The position numbers and the translations under genes were made by a program. A DNA stretch of 61,719 nt, filler included. It is 4 parts of 4 records of this genome, joined end to end, with 100 filler letters (N's around TTAATTAATTAA, not from the genome) between each part and the next. Parts side by side here need not be neighbours in the genome. Positions count along the whole stretch, not along the records: positions 1 to 21,412 come from SRR20825006_2898; positions 21,513 to 35,526 come from SRR20825006_2909; 2 more parts are not named here. One strand, 5' to 3'. The notes under the pieces are model-generated. The model searched no databases. It had not been told where the DNA came from and worked only from the letters and a program-made list of their open reading frames with translations. Position 1 is the first letter of the stretch; every line of letters begins with the position of its first letter. Shown here piece after piece: positions 19,028 to 26,736 of the stretch.

Positions 19028-19641
19028 ATAATTCTTCCATAAATACCATAATAGTCGATGACCATTTACTTTTTGCAGAAGGGCTTAGCCTTATACTCCG
19101 TGATATACCCTATTTGAATTTGCTGAAGATTGTTAATTCTTATAACGAAGTTGCCCGGATGCTTTCACAGCATCACGTTGATTTAATTTTATTGGATATA
19201 AAATTAAAAGACGAAAATGGAATTGATATTTGTACCCTTATAAAAGAGCTTTATCCAGATGTTAAGATTATTCTCATCTCAATGTTCGACCCTGATAGCT
19301 TGGCTGTTGAAATTAAAAAATGTAATGCCAATGGTTATATACCGAAAAGTACGGATGCCCAATTGGTAAAAGACACGATTAACACGATACTGGCAGGAGA
19401 GAATCTTTTTTTAGAGCTAGGAAACGACAGTGTGAAGGAAACACCACATGGAAAACTGATTACCCCTCGGGAAAAAGAAGTCATAGCATTAATAAAGCAG
19501 GGAAAGAGTGCTAAAGAAATTTCCGAACTTTTGAATATCAGTGTCTTTACAGTTGACACACACCGAAAAAACATACTTAAAAAACTGGAACTAAACTCAA
19601 TAAAGGATCTGATTGCTTTTTCGTTTGGTAATAATTTATAG
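19024..19641 (+). CDS. NarL/LuxR-family response regulator
   Basis: IVDDH, LILLDI receiver domain; ITPREKEVIALI..AKEISELLNISVFTVDTHRKNI HTH; overlaps the kinase stop (ATGA). Confidence 0.95.
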   Translation: MNNSSINTIIVDDHLLFAEGLSLILRDIPYLNLLKIVNSYNEVARMLSQHHVDLILLDIKLKDENGIDICTLIKELYPDVKIILISMFDPDSLAVEIKKCNANGYIPKSTDAQLVKDTINTILAGENLFLELGNDSVKETPHGKLITPREKEVIALIKQGKSAKEISELLNISVFTVDTHRKNILKKLELNSIKDLIAFSFGNNL

Positions 19642-19757
19642 CGTTACCTGAATTGTAATTTGTATTTTTAATTACAGGATATATTCACAATATATAACCT
19701 ATCATATTCTCTTTCTTGGATATTGTTTCTTCCTCTTCATTTTGTTGGTAAAATCCT

Positions 19758-19985
19758 ATGAGCTTTGAAGTTTCGGACAATGGGGAACTCCGTTATATTA
19801 TTTCGTGTCTCTTGCGCGTGTGCATCTTAGCGCTAGAAAATGAAGAGGAATTATGTTCCCCCAGACTATCCAACTGCTCAGAAGACCTAACCATTGCAAC
19901 CATATTGGATTTAGCGGATAGCTTACTACCAGATGCACAATTAGAAAGTTATGATGCTATTGAAAAGTTGTTATTACCTGGTTGA
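19758..19985 (+). CDS. Small acidic hypothetical protein, 75 aa
   Basis: Clean ATG ORF with a plausible helical sequence; function unknown. Confidence 0.5.
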   Translation: MSFEVSDNGELRYIISCLLRVCILALENEEELCSPRLSNCSEDLTIATILDLADSLLPDAQLESYDAIEKLLLPG

Positions 19986-20018
19986 CCGATTGTAGTTGTT
20001 AAAATGATTAATTGCTAT

Positions 20019-20419
20019 TTAGATTTTATGAGTATTATCTTTTTGCTTTTCTTGAAAACGCACTTCCTTTTTTTCTTTGAGGTACTTCTTTTCCAGAATC
20101 AAAGGTTTCTTTTCTGATGCTTCAGCTTCAAACAGCAATTGTAACATTGCCAAAGTCGGTTTAGTTTGAGTTTTTCTATATCCTTAATGATTGCAATAAG
20201 CATATTGATTCTTTTCTTGAAGAGATTTTCAGTTGCCCTTAGATTTGGTTTCAGATCATCTTCTGGGGATATTCCATTTTGCTAAAAAAAATCCAACATC
20301 AAGAGCAATGTCATAGATTGCGATTTTGAGATCGATCTACAATATTTTTTGAATTTTTTAGCCACAGATTTCTTTATACTTAAGCTCTCGAACTGTTCTT
20401 TTTCATATCCTTTATCCAT
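20019..20419 (-). pseudogene. BfmA/BtgA-family mobilisation protein pseudogene
   Basis: MDKGYEKEQFESLSIKKSVAKKFKKYCRSISKSQSMTLLLMLDFF*QNGISP..KKRINA, then frameshifted IAIIKDIEK/QTKPTLAMLQLLFE/KPLILEKK. One in-frame TAG and about three frameshifts. Confidence 0.7.
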
Positions 20420-20545
20420 TTTTTCGTGAAATATTTGCTGGTTTTGTTGGCCTGGGAAACTTTTTCCGTGAAAAATGTCTGTAAACCTCAAGTTCCGAAA
20501 CTTCAAAAAAATTGTTACAAACTGTTAATCAGTATATTATAAATA

Positions 20546-20615
20546 AAATTGGAGTTTCTAACATCGCGAAGCGTGTTACCCTCTTGCTTCTCCAATTTGT
20601 CCGCGCGCGGACAAA
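20546..20615. other. Candidate oriT region upstream of the mob gene
   Basis: GC-rich patch in AT-rich DNA: hairpin TAACATCGC-GAA-GCGTGTTA, then CCCTCTTGCT, flanking IR AAATTGGAG/CTCCAATTT and perfect palindrome TTTGTCCGCGCGCGGACAAA (20596-20615). Confidence 0.45.
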
Positions 20616-20765
20616 ATTTTAGAACCTTTAAAAAGAAAATTAGGCTTCCTGTTCAAGGCTTAAAATTGATTATCGAATTTTGTGACATTCAATTTTAAGA
20701 ATCAAAATTTTCTTCAAGAAATCAGCAAATCGGTTGCGGATTATTTAAAGAATTATTCACAAAAA

Positions 20766-20793
20766 AAAGACCTTCGAAGTTTCAAAGGTCTTT
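20766..20793 (-). terminator. Terminator
   Basis: AAAGACCTT..AAGGTCTTT hairpin with a T-run on the minus strand. Confidence 0.6.
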
Positions 20794-20812
20794 GAGTTTT
20801 GGCTTTTAAGGT

Positions 20813-21010
20813 TTAAATTATGAATACAAAATCATAGCTGTATAGATTTCGCTGTGCTTCCTCTTCCAGCATCTTATCAAAATCAATATGATTTTCATCG
20901 GCATAGTTTCGGATATCATCCCCAAACCGCTCTTGAATTTCTTTTTTGGAATTTTCCAAAAGTTGTGTTTGGGTTTCCTCGTTCAAGTTTGAATAATTAA
21001 GATAAATCAT
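20813..21010 (-). CDS. Small hypothetical protein of the element backbone, 65 aa
   Basis: ATG ORF 18 nt downstream of the previous gene and followed by a terminator. Confidence 0.6.
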   Translation of the reverse strand: MIYLNYSNLNEETQTQLLENSKKEIQERFGDDIRNYADENHIDFDKMLEEEAQRNLYSYDFVFII

Positions 21011-21028
21011 AACTCACGTTTTAAAATC

Positions 21029-21409
21029 TTAATATTCACTTGGCAATAACAAGGTATTGTCAATAAAATAAAGCCGAAGTTCATCCAATGGAAAATCCGT
21101 TGCCCTGTATTTATGCGTTTCCAATACAGTACCATTTCCATCGCCATAAGTGATTGTTGCCTGACAACCTAATCTTTCCTGTTCCTCTTCCGGTAACTTT
21201 TTAAAGTCAATAGTTATAAAATAGCTTTTTTCCATTAGGCTTTTTGCTATTATAGAAGTGTCCGTGACCAACCAAAAACATTCTGCGGCTTCAACTAAAT
21301 ACTTTATTCCGTTGGTAAATCGAGTGCGTGTCAATGGGATTTGATAGAACATATCTGTTCCACTAAAATGTTGTAATCCCTGTTTTATTTCGTTAACTTG
21401 TGCTTTCAT
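21029..21409 (-). CDS. DUF6876-like protein (mobile-element associated)
   Basis: LQHFSGT..Y....FTNGIKYL.E.AECFWL..YGDGNG..TDFPL..LY..NTLLLPSEY pattern. Confidence 0.7.
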   Translation of the reverse strand: MKAQVNEIKQGLQHFSGTDMFYQIPLTRTRFTNGIKYLVEAAECFWLVTDTSIIAKSLMEKSYFITIDFKKLPEEEQERLGCQATITYGDGNGTVLETHKYRATDFPLDELRLYFIDNTLLLPSEY

Positions 21410-21412
21410 TGT

Positions 21413-21512
21413 NNNNNNNNNNNNNNNNNNNNNNNNNNNNNNNNNNNNNNNNNNNNTTAATTAATTAANNNNNNNNNNNNNNNNNNNNNNNNNNNNNNNN
21501 NNNNNNNNNNNN
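21413..21512. other. Artificial contig spacer
   Basis: N44-TTAATTAATTAA-N44 (stops in all six frames); abrupt GC and taxon change. Confidence 0.99.
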
Positions 21513-21791
21513 GGAGGTGCCCAGCAGGTACTCGCCTTCATAGATAGCATTGGCGCGGAACATGGGGAATACGTAATCGCGCACGAACTCTTCGCGCAGG
21601 TCTTCAATGTAGATCTCTTTCACGCCCATGGCTTCTGCCTTGGCGCGGGCCGGCTCTACTTCTTCACCCTGGCCGATATCGGCGGTGAATGTCACCACTT
21701 CACAGTCATAGGTATCCTGCAGCCATTTGACGATAACTGAAGTATCCAGGCCACCGGAATAAGCCAGTACCACCTTGTTGATCTTGGACAT
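21513..21791 (-). CDS. argG: Argininosuccinate synthase (5' part, truncated by the contig end)
   Basis: [18 protein letters not shown]...[30 protein letters not shown]. Confidence 0.96.
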
Positions 21792-22017
21792 TGAAAGACT
21801 CCGCAAATGGGCGGCCGGCAGCGCATGGGCCGGCCCCCGGTGAATCGTGGGGCATATCGAGGGGGCGTATTGTACCCGCCCGCCCCCGTGCACGTCACCT
21901 CCAGGCAGCGCCGTGCCCGGTTTCGCCTGTTGCCGGGGTGGGGATTCCGGTAGCATAAGCCCCGCTCGCAGTTGCGCTTGCGGTTTCTGCGGGGTCTTTG
22001 TGTTTGATGGAGTGATC

Positions 22018-22686
22018 ATGAGCGATCAGCATCCCAGCCTGGCGCTACGTTTCCGCGGCTTTTTGCCGGTAGTCATTGACGTGGAAACCGGGGGATTCAA
22101 TTCCCAGACCGACGCGCTGCTGGAAATCGCCGCCGTCCTGATAGAAATGGACGCCCAGGGCAACCTGCGCCCGTCCACCCGTATCCAGTTCCATGTGGAC
22201 CCGTTCCCCGGAGCCAACCTGGAACAGGCGGCACTGGACTTCACCGGTATCGATCCGAGCAACCCGCTACGCGGCGCGGTCTCGGAAGAAACCGCCCTCA
22301 AGGGGGTGTTCGAGCCCGTGCGCAAGGCAGTGAAGCAACATGGCTGCACCCGTGCTGTCTTGGTGGGGCACAACAGCTTCTTCGATCAGGGTTTCCTGAA
22401 TGCAGCCACCGACCGGACCGACATCAAGCGCAGTCCGTTCCACCCCTTCTCCAGTTTCGATACCGCCGCCCTGGCCGGGCTGGTATACGGGCAAACGGTG
22501 CTGGCCAAGGCCTGCGAAGCCGCAGGGATTCGTTTCAGCCAGCGCGAAGCTCATTCCGCTCTGTATGACGCCACCCGCACGGCGGAACTGTTCTGTTCCA
22601 TGGTCAATCGCTTCAAAACCCTGGGCGGCTGGCCCCCCCCCCCGGCAAAAACCATCCCGCCGACACTGGCGAAAGCGCTGGATTGA
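22018..22686 (+). CDS. rnt: Ribonuclease T
   Basis: [43 protein letters not shown] at 22018 after GGAG. Confidence 0.95.
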   Translation: MSDQHPSLALRFRGFLPVVIDVETGGFNSQTDALLEIAAVLIEMDAQGNLRPSTRIQFHVDPFPGANLEQAALDFTGIDPSNPLRGAVSEETALKGVFEPVRKAVKQHGCTRAVLVGHNSFFDQGFLNAATDRTDIKRSPFHPFSSFDTAALAGLVYGQTVLAKACEAAGIRFSQREAHSALYDATRTAELFCSMVNRFKTLGGWPPPPAKTIPPTLAKALD

Positions 22687-22689
22687 GTT

Positions 22690-22764
22690 AACGCAACACG
22701 CTCCACACAGGCACGCCACACGCTAAGACCACCGCATGTCCGCGTGTTGCATGCCGCATGAAGC
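22690..22764. repeat. Heptamer-periodic inverted repeat (ACGC type)
   Basis: ACGCAAC ACGCTCC .. ACGCCAC ACGC / GCGTGTT GCATGCC GCATGAA. Confidence 0.5.
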
Positions 22765-22766
22765 AC

Positions 22767-22802
22767 AAAAAAAGGGGCGCTATTTCTAGCGCCCCTTTTT
22801 TT
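22767..22802. terminator. Bidirectional terminator between rnt and the peroxiredoxin gene
   Basis: A7-GGGGCGCTA-TTTC-TAGCGCCCC-T7. Confidence 0.9.
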
Positions 22803-22814
22803 GCTGCGTCTTTA

Positions 22815-23417
22815 TTACAACTTGTCTGCATTACCAGACAGGTACTCGGCCACACCGTCCGGGGTGTCCTTCATACCGGAATCACCTTTCTGCCAGCCCG
22901 CCGGGCACACTTCGCCGTGCTCTTCGTGGAACTGCAGGGCATCAACCAGACGAATCAGTTCGTCCATGTTACGACCCAGCGGCAGATCGTTAACGATCTG
23001 GCTGCGCACCACACCGTTCTGGTCGATCAGGAACACGCCACGGAAGGCCATGCCGCCTTCGGACTCAACGTCGTAAGACTGGGCAATACCGTGGTTCATG
23101 TCAGCAGCCAGGGTGTATTTCACCGGGCCGATACCGCCGTCGTTGACCGGGGTGTTGCGCCATGCGTTGTGGGTAAAGTGGCTGTCGATGGAAACACCGA
23201 TCACTTCCACGTTGCGTTCTTTGAACGCGTCCATGCGATGGTCCAGAGCGATCAGCTCGGACGGGCACACAAAGGTGAAGTCCAGCGGGTAGAAGAACAC
23301 CAGGCCGTACTTGCCCTTGATGGCTTCGGACAGGGTGAACTCGTCAACGATGCTGCCATCGCCCAATACAGCAGGAACAGTAAAATCCGGTGCAGGTTTA
23401 CCTACCAGAACGCCCAT
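22815..23417 (-). CDS. ahpC: 2-Cys peroxiredoxin (AhpC/TsaA)
   Basis: FFYPLDFTFVCPSE and GEVCPAGW motifs. Confidence 0.93.
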   Translation of the reverse strand: MGVLVGKPAPDFTVPAVLGDGSIVDEFTLSEAIKGKYGLVFFYPLDFTFVCPSELIALDHRMDAFKERNVEVIGVSIDSHFTHNAWRNTPVNDGGIGPVKYTLAADMNHGIAQSYDVESEGGMAFRGVFLIDQNGVVRSQIVNDLPLGRNMDELIRLVDALQFHEEHGEVCPAGWQKGDSGMKDTPDGVAEYLSGNADKL

Positions 23418-23645
23418 TGTTTCTCTCCATTGTTTCCATTCTTACGGTATAGCCAGAGCAAAGCACTCGCTCTGGCCGCTTGAAATCCTGTGGAGCAGCG
23501 ATCATACAACGCCCGTTGCAATACTGCATGGGCTCATGCTGCAAAGTGCTGCTACGCACAATCATGGGGATTCCTCCCCGGCTTTCAACAGGCTCATCGG
23601 GTTGTTTGGCGCGAATGTGCACACTTTGCGCAAAACACCGCCAAC

Positions 23646-24377
23646 TCAACGGCGGGATCGGCTCCAGATCACGGTCCCCGTCAGCGCCAGGATCACCAGC
23701 ACCAGCGCCGCCAGGTCCATGACCAGCTGCCCGGCCAGGCCAAACAAACGCCCGGCATGCAGATCCAGCAACAAGCGCTGCCAATTCAGTGACGGCGGCA
23801 CACTCTGCGCCACAATGCGTTGCTTCATAGTGTCAGGCAGAGGTTGCTGACGAGAAGCTATCCAGGCGGCATCATCGGGCAACGCCACGCTGGCCAGCTG
23901 GTCCACGTTGTACTGGAGCAGCCCCTGTTCGGTTTTCAGTACCAGCCCTCGATCATTGCGCCCCATGCCACTGAATGCGGGCACCCCATAGGCAGGGCCC
24001 ATACGCTCCACTTGCTGCCCCTGGGTATCCAGCAACAATAGCTCGTCGGCACAGCCCACCACCGTCCAGCCATTTTCCTGCACCACGCCACGCAGCGGCG
24101 CCTGACAATAAAGGTTCTTTTCCCCGTCGATAAACAGGCTGTCATTGGCCTGGGCATACCACCGGCCTTGCAGGGATATAGCGGAAACCGCATCAGGCAC
24201 TGGCGCGCCATACCAACGTGCCAGCAACGGCGGCAGCGGCCGGGATGACCAACCAAAGGAGTCGATGTGATTAAGCAGGACGCCGGTGACAGACAGCACC
24301 AGCACGGGCAGCGCCACGGCCAACCCCAACCAGCGATGCCAGCGGCGCCACTGCCGGGTCGGTTTGCGTTGGTTCAT
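23646..24377 (-). CDS. PepSY-associated TM-helix protein
   Basis: RRWHRWLGL...TGVLLNH at the N-terminus and LLDLHAGR..G at the C-terminus (conserved His); start MNQRKP at 24377. Confidence 0.85.
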   Translation of the reverse strand: MNQRKPTRQWRRWHRWLGLAVALPVLVLSVTGVLLNHIDSFGWSSRPLPPLLARWYGAPVPDAVSAISLQGRWYAQANDSLFIDGEKNLYCQAPLRGVVQENGWTVVGCADELLLLDTQGQQVERMGPAYGVPAFSGMGRNDRGLVLKTEQGLLQYNVDQLASVALPDDAAWIASRQQPLPDTMKQRIVAQSVPPSLNWQRLLLDLHAGRLFGLAGQLVMDLAALVLVILALTGTVIWSRSRR

Positions 24378-24420
24378 GACGGCCTCGGTATTCAAAAAAC
24401 CCGTTAATGCGCAGTAACCA

Positions 24421-24945
24421 CTACAGCGTAAGCTGCTGATCCAGCCACAGCGCCAGCCGGGCCGCACGCTGCAAGGCATCCACCGACAAGGTCGCACCGG
24501 TAATGCCATCGATGGAACGGTCCAGCTTGCCGTTTTCCAGTTGCGCCTGGTCGAACTGCCGGGTGAAGAAGGCATGCCGCACTTCCCAGCCCCGCGATTC
24601 GCGATAAATCAACACGCGCAAAGAAGCGATTCTACCGTCTTTAACACTAATACCAAGGGTAATGGGATGATCCCGCCCGATAACGTTCAGTACCCAGGCA
24701 CTGGTTGTCCCATCAGACCAGTAACGCTGGCGGAACCCCGGGTCCTCTTTGCTGAGCGCAACCGCCTGCTGGCGCTGCGTCTCATCCAGCCAAAGCATGG
24801 CCGGCGCTGGCACATCCGCAAACTGCTGCGCCATAAAATCTGCGACGGAAAGATACACATCTTCCGCGCGGGCGTTTCCTGACAGACACAGCAGCAGAGT
24901 GAGTGATGCCCACCCTGCTGCCTGTCGAAGCGATCTCAAGCCCAA
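24421..24945 (-). CDS. Exported FMN-binding (flavinylation-motif) protein
   Basis: Signal peptide; YRESRGWEV..FTRQF..IDGITGATLS carries the [S/T]GA[S/T] motif. Confidence 0.85.
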   Translation of the reverse strand: MGLRSLRQAAGWASLTLLLCLSGNARAEDVYLSVADFMAQQFADVPAPAMLWLDETQRQQAVALSKEDPGFRQRYWSDGTTSAWVLNVIGRDHPITLGISVKDGRIASLRVLIYRESRGWEVRHAFFTRQFDQAQLENGKLDRSIDGITGATLSVDALQRAARLALWLDQQLTL

Positions 24946-24948
24946 GGC

Positions 24949-26094
24949 CTAGAAGCTCCAGCCAATACCGAGATTGATGCTGTCGTCAGCCTTATCATCC
25001 TCGGTGGGGTTTTTGTAATTCACATTCTGCATATCGGCCTTCACTACCACCTGCGGCACAATCCAGTAGTTCACACCGAAAGTGCTGATCATAGAGGCTT
25101 CGTTGTCAGTACCGTCTTCTGCCAGCAGGTTAATGTTCTCATAACGACCGAACACACCCAGCTTCTCGGTGACTTTATAGGAAAGCTCATACAGCTCGCC
25201 GTCCTGACGGTCGGCATCCGTATTAAAACCGTTAAAGTCCCAGCGAGCTTTTTGTACCGTCGCGGTGATGCCCGCGATGGTGTAACGGGCATGGGCTTCC
25301 ACCAGGCGGGCGCTGACGTCTTCCGGACCCAGGTCCTGGTTTACGTCTTGCTGGTACTGAACCGACGATGCCAGATCCAGCCCCGGAATGCCGACAAAGC
25401 GCAAACGCCCTGTGGCCGCCCCTTTATTGGCCGCCGCTTCAGAGACTTTCTGGCGGCTGCCGCGAATGCTGGTGGTGCTGCCCTGGAAATCCAGGCCGGA
25501 ATGCACCGCGATGTCATAGGTCAGGCCAGCGCCCAGATCCTGGCTGAACATGGCACCGGCTTCCCACCAGGTCGCAGGAATCACCGCGCTTTCCAGGCGA
25601 TTACGCTCCACACCATAGAAGGTGTTCGGCTCATGGGTTTCGTTGATGATCCCCACCGGCACCAAAAATTGACCCAGCTTCAGCTTGGTATTGGCAGTCG
25701 TATCGATCTCGATGTAGGCCTGTTCAAGCTCAACCTCGCCGTCTTTGCCTTCCCCAGCCAGACCATGCTCCAGCTCAAACTCGGAGAAAAAACGCACTTT
25801 GTCCGTAAAATCGTAGCCGAAGAAAAGAACGAAACGATGCGCATCGACTTCGTCATTCTGCTGCTTGCCACCAAACTCGGGGTCTCTGTTGAAATGGTTA
25901 TAGTGCAGCTCGCCGTAACCGCCAATGCTCACTTTACCGAACGGATTGGAGGAGGCGCCCTGCTCTTTTTGCAGTGCTTCTACTTGCTGGGCAAGAATGT
26001 CGATCTGTTTTTGCAGGTCTTCGGCGGATTGCGCCGCCTGCGCAGAAAAAGGCACAGCAGCAATTGCCGCAGCCATAAGGGTACGCTTGAACAT
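24949..26094 (-). CDS. Outer-membrane beta-barrel porin (OprO/P-like)
   Basis: Signal peptide MFKRTLMAAAIAA..AQA, short coiled coil, IGGYGELHYN, FFSEFELEH, ELEQAYI, terminal GIGWSF. Confidence 0.85.
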   Translation of the reverse strand: MFKRTLMAAAIAAVPFSAQAAQSAEDLQKQIDILAQQVEALQKEQGASSNPFGKVSIGGYGELHYNHFNRDPEFGGKQQNDEVDAHRFVLFFGYDFTDKVRFFSEFELEHGLAGEGKDGEVELEQAYIEIDTTANTKLKLGQFLVPVGIINETHEPNTFYGVERNRLESAVIPATWWEAGAMFSQDLGAGLTYDIAVHSGLDFQGSTTSIRGSRQKVSEAAANKGAATGRLRFVGIPGLDLASSVQYQQDVNQDLGPEDVSARLVEAHARYTIAGITATVQKARWDFNGFNTDADRQDGELYELSYKVTEKLGVFGRYENINLLAEDGTDNEASMISTFGVNYWIVPQVVVKADMQNVNYKNPTEDDKADDSINLGIGWSF

Positions 26095-26164
26095 GTTTCT
26101 TCCCTTCCCTGATACAAGACTAGATAAGTAAATCGCGCAGGAATTTAAACGAAGAAGAAACAAG

Positions 26165-26183
26165 ATTGAAACTTATTCTTAAT
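26165..26183. promoter_or_regulatory. Candidate Fur box upstream of the porin operon
   Basis: ATTGAAACTTATTCTTAAT resembles the AATGAGAATnATTCTCATT-type 9-1-9 palindrome (13/18 by eye). Confidence 0.45.
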
Positions 26184-26199
26184 ACACTTTTTGTGGCCA

Positions 26200-26238
26200 A
26201 ACATTAAAAAACCCGGTTCACCCGGGTTTTTTAATGTT
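26200..26238 (-). terminator. Terminator of grxD
   Basis: AACATTAAAAAACCCGG-TTCAC-CCGGGTTTTTTAATGTT. Confidence 0.8.
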
Positions 26239-26287
26239 GAATATTATTCGGAGAAAAATAAAAAAGTTTTCCCGAATTTGATTCAAA

Positions 26288-26623
26288 TCAGGACTCGGAC
26301 TCATCCGACTCCACTGCAACATCTTCCACCAGCTCTTTGAGCTGGCCGGAACGGTACATATCCATGATGATGTCGCAGCCACCGACCAGCTCGCCGCCCA
26401 CCCACAACTGGGGGTACGTGGGCCAATTCGCATACTCTTTCAGGTTCTGACGAATTTCCGGCGCTTCCAGAATATTCACATAGGCAAACGGCTTGCCAAC
26501 GGCGGTCATGGCTTCCACTACCTGGGCGGAAAAACCGCACTGGGGAAACTGGGGAGACCCTTTCATGTAGAGGATCACCGGGTTTTTCTCGATCTGGTCT
26601 TTGATGACCTGCATCACATCCAT
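26288..26623 (-). CDS. grxD: Monothiol glutaredoxin Grx4
   Basis: LYMKGSPQFPQCGFS, WPTYPQLW, GGCDI; start MDVMQ at 26623. Confidence 0.95.
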   Translation of the reverse strand: MDVMQVIKDQIEKNPVILYMKGSPQFPQCGFSAQVVEAMTAVGKPFAYVNILEAPEIRQNLKEYANWPTYPQLWVGGELVGGCDIIMDMYRSGQLKELVEDVAVESDESES

Positions 26624-26736
26624 TACTTCACCTATCTCGTATTGAGTGCCGTTACGCCTGTAAATCTCGCGGCACGTAATCATCTGGCAACACCCCTGCC
26701 ACAGAGTTACGCCCTGTAGTGGCCATTGTACCACTG

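Larger units (their letters stand above)
8347..21412. mobile_element. Integrative (mobilisable) element inserted at the tRNA-Pro 3' end; far end truncated by the contig break
   Basis: Tyrosine integrase immediately downstream of the tRNA, accessory cargo, BfmA-like mob pseudogene, oriT-like palindromes and small ICE-type genes. No second att copy is visible in the contig. Confidence 0.75.

Noticed and set aside
21457-21468. TTAATTAATTAA palindrome repeated three times
   Set aside because: Synthetic six-frame-stop linker
21400-21520. Sharp GC shift suggesting horizontal transfer
   Set aside because: Coincides with a contig spacer
21792-22019. Long N-terminal extensions of argG and rnt, and similarly of the porin, grxD, ptsP and prfA genes, in the ORF track
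   Set aside because: Longest-ORF artefacts; family homology and RBSs point to downstream starts
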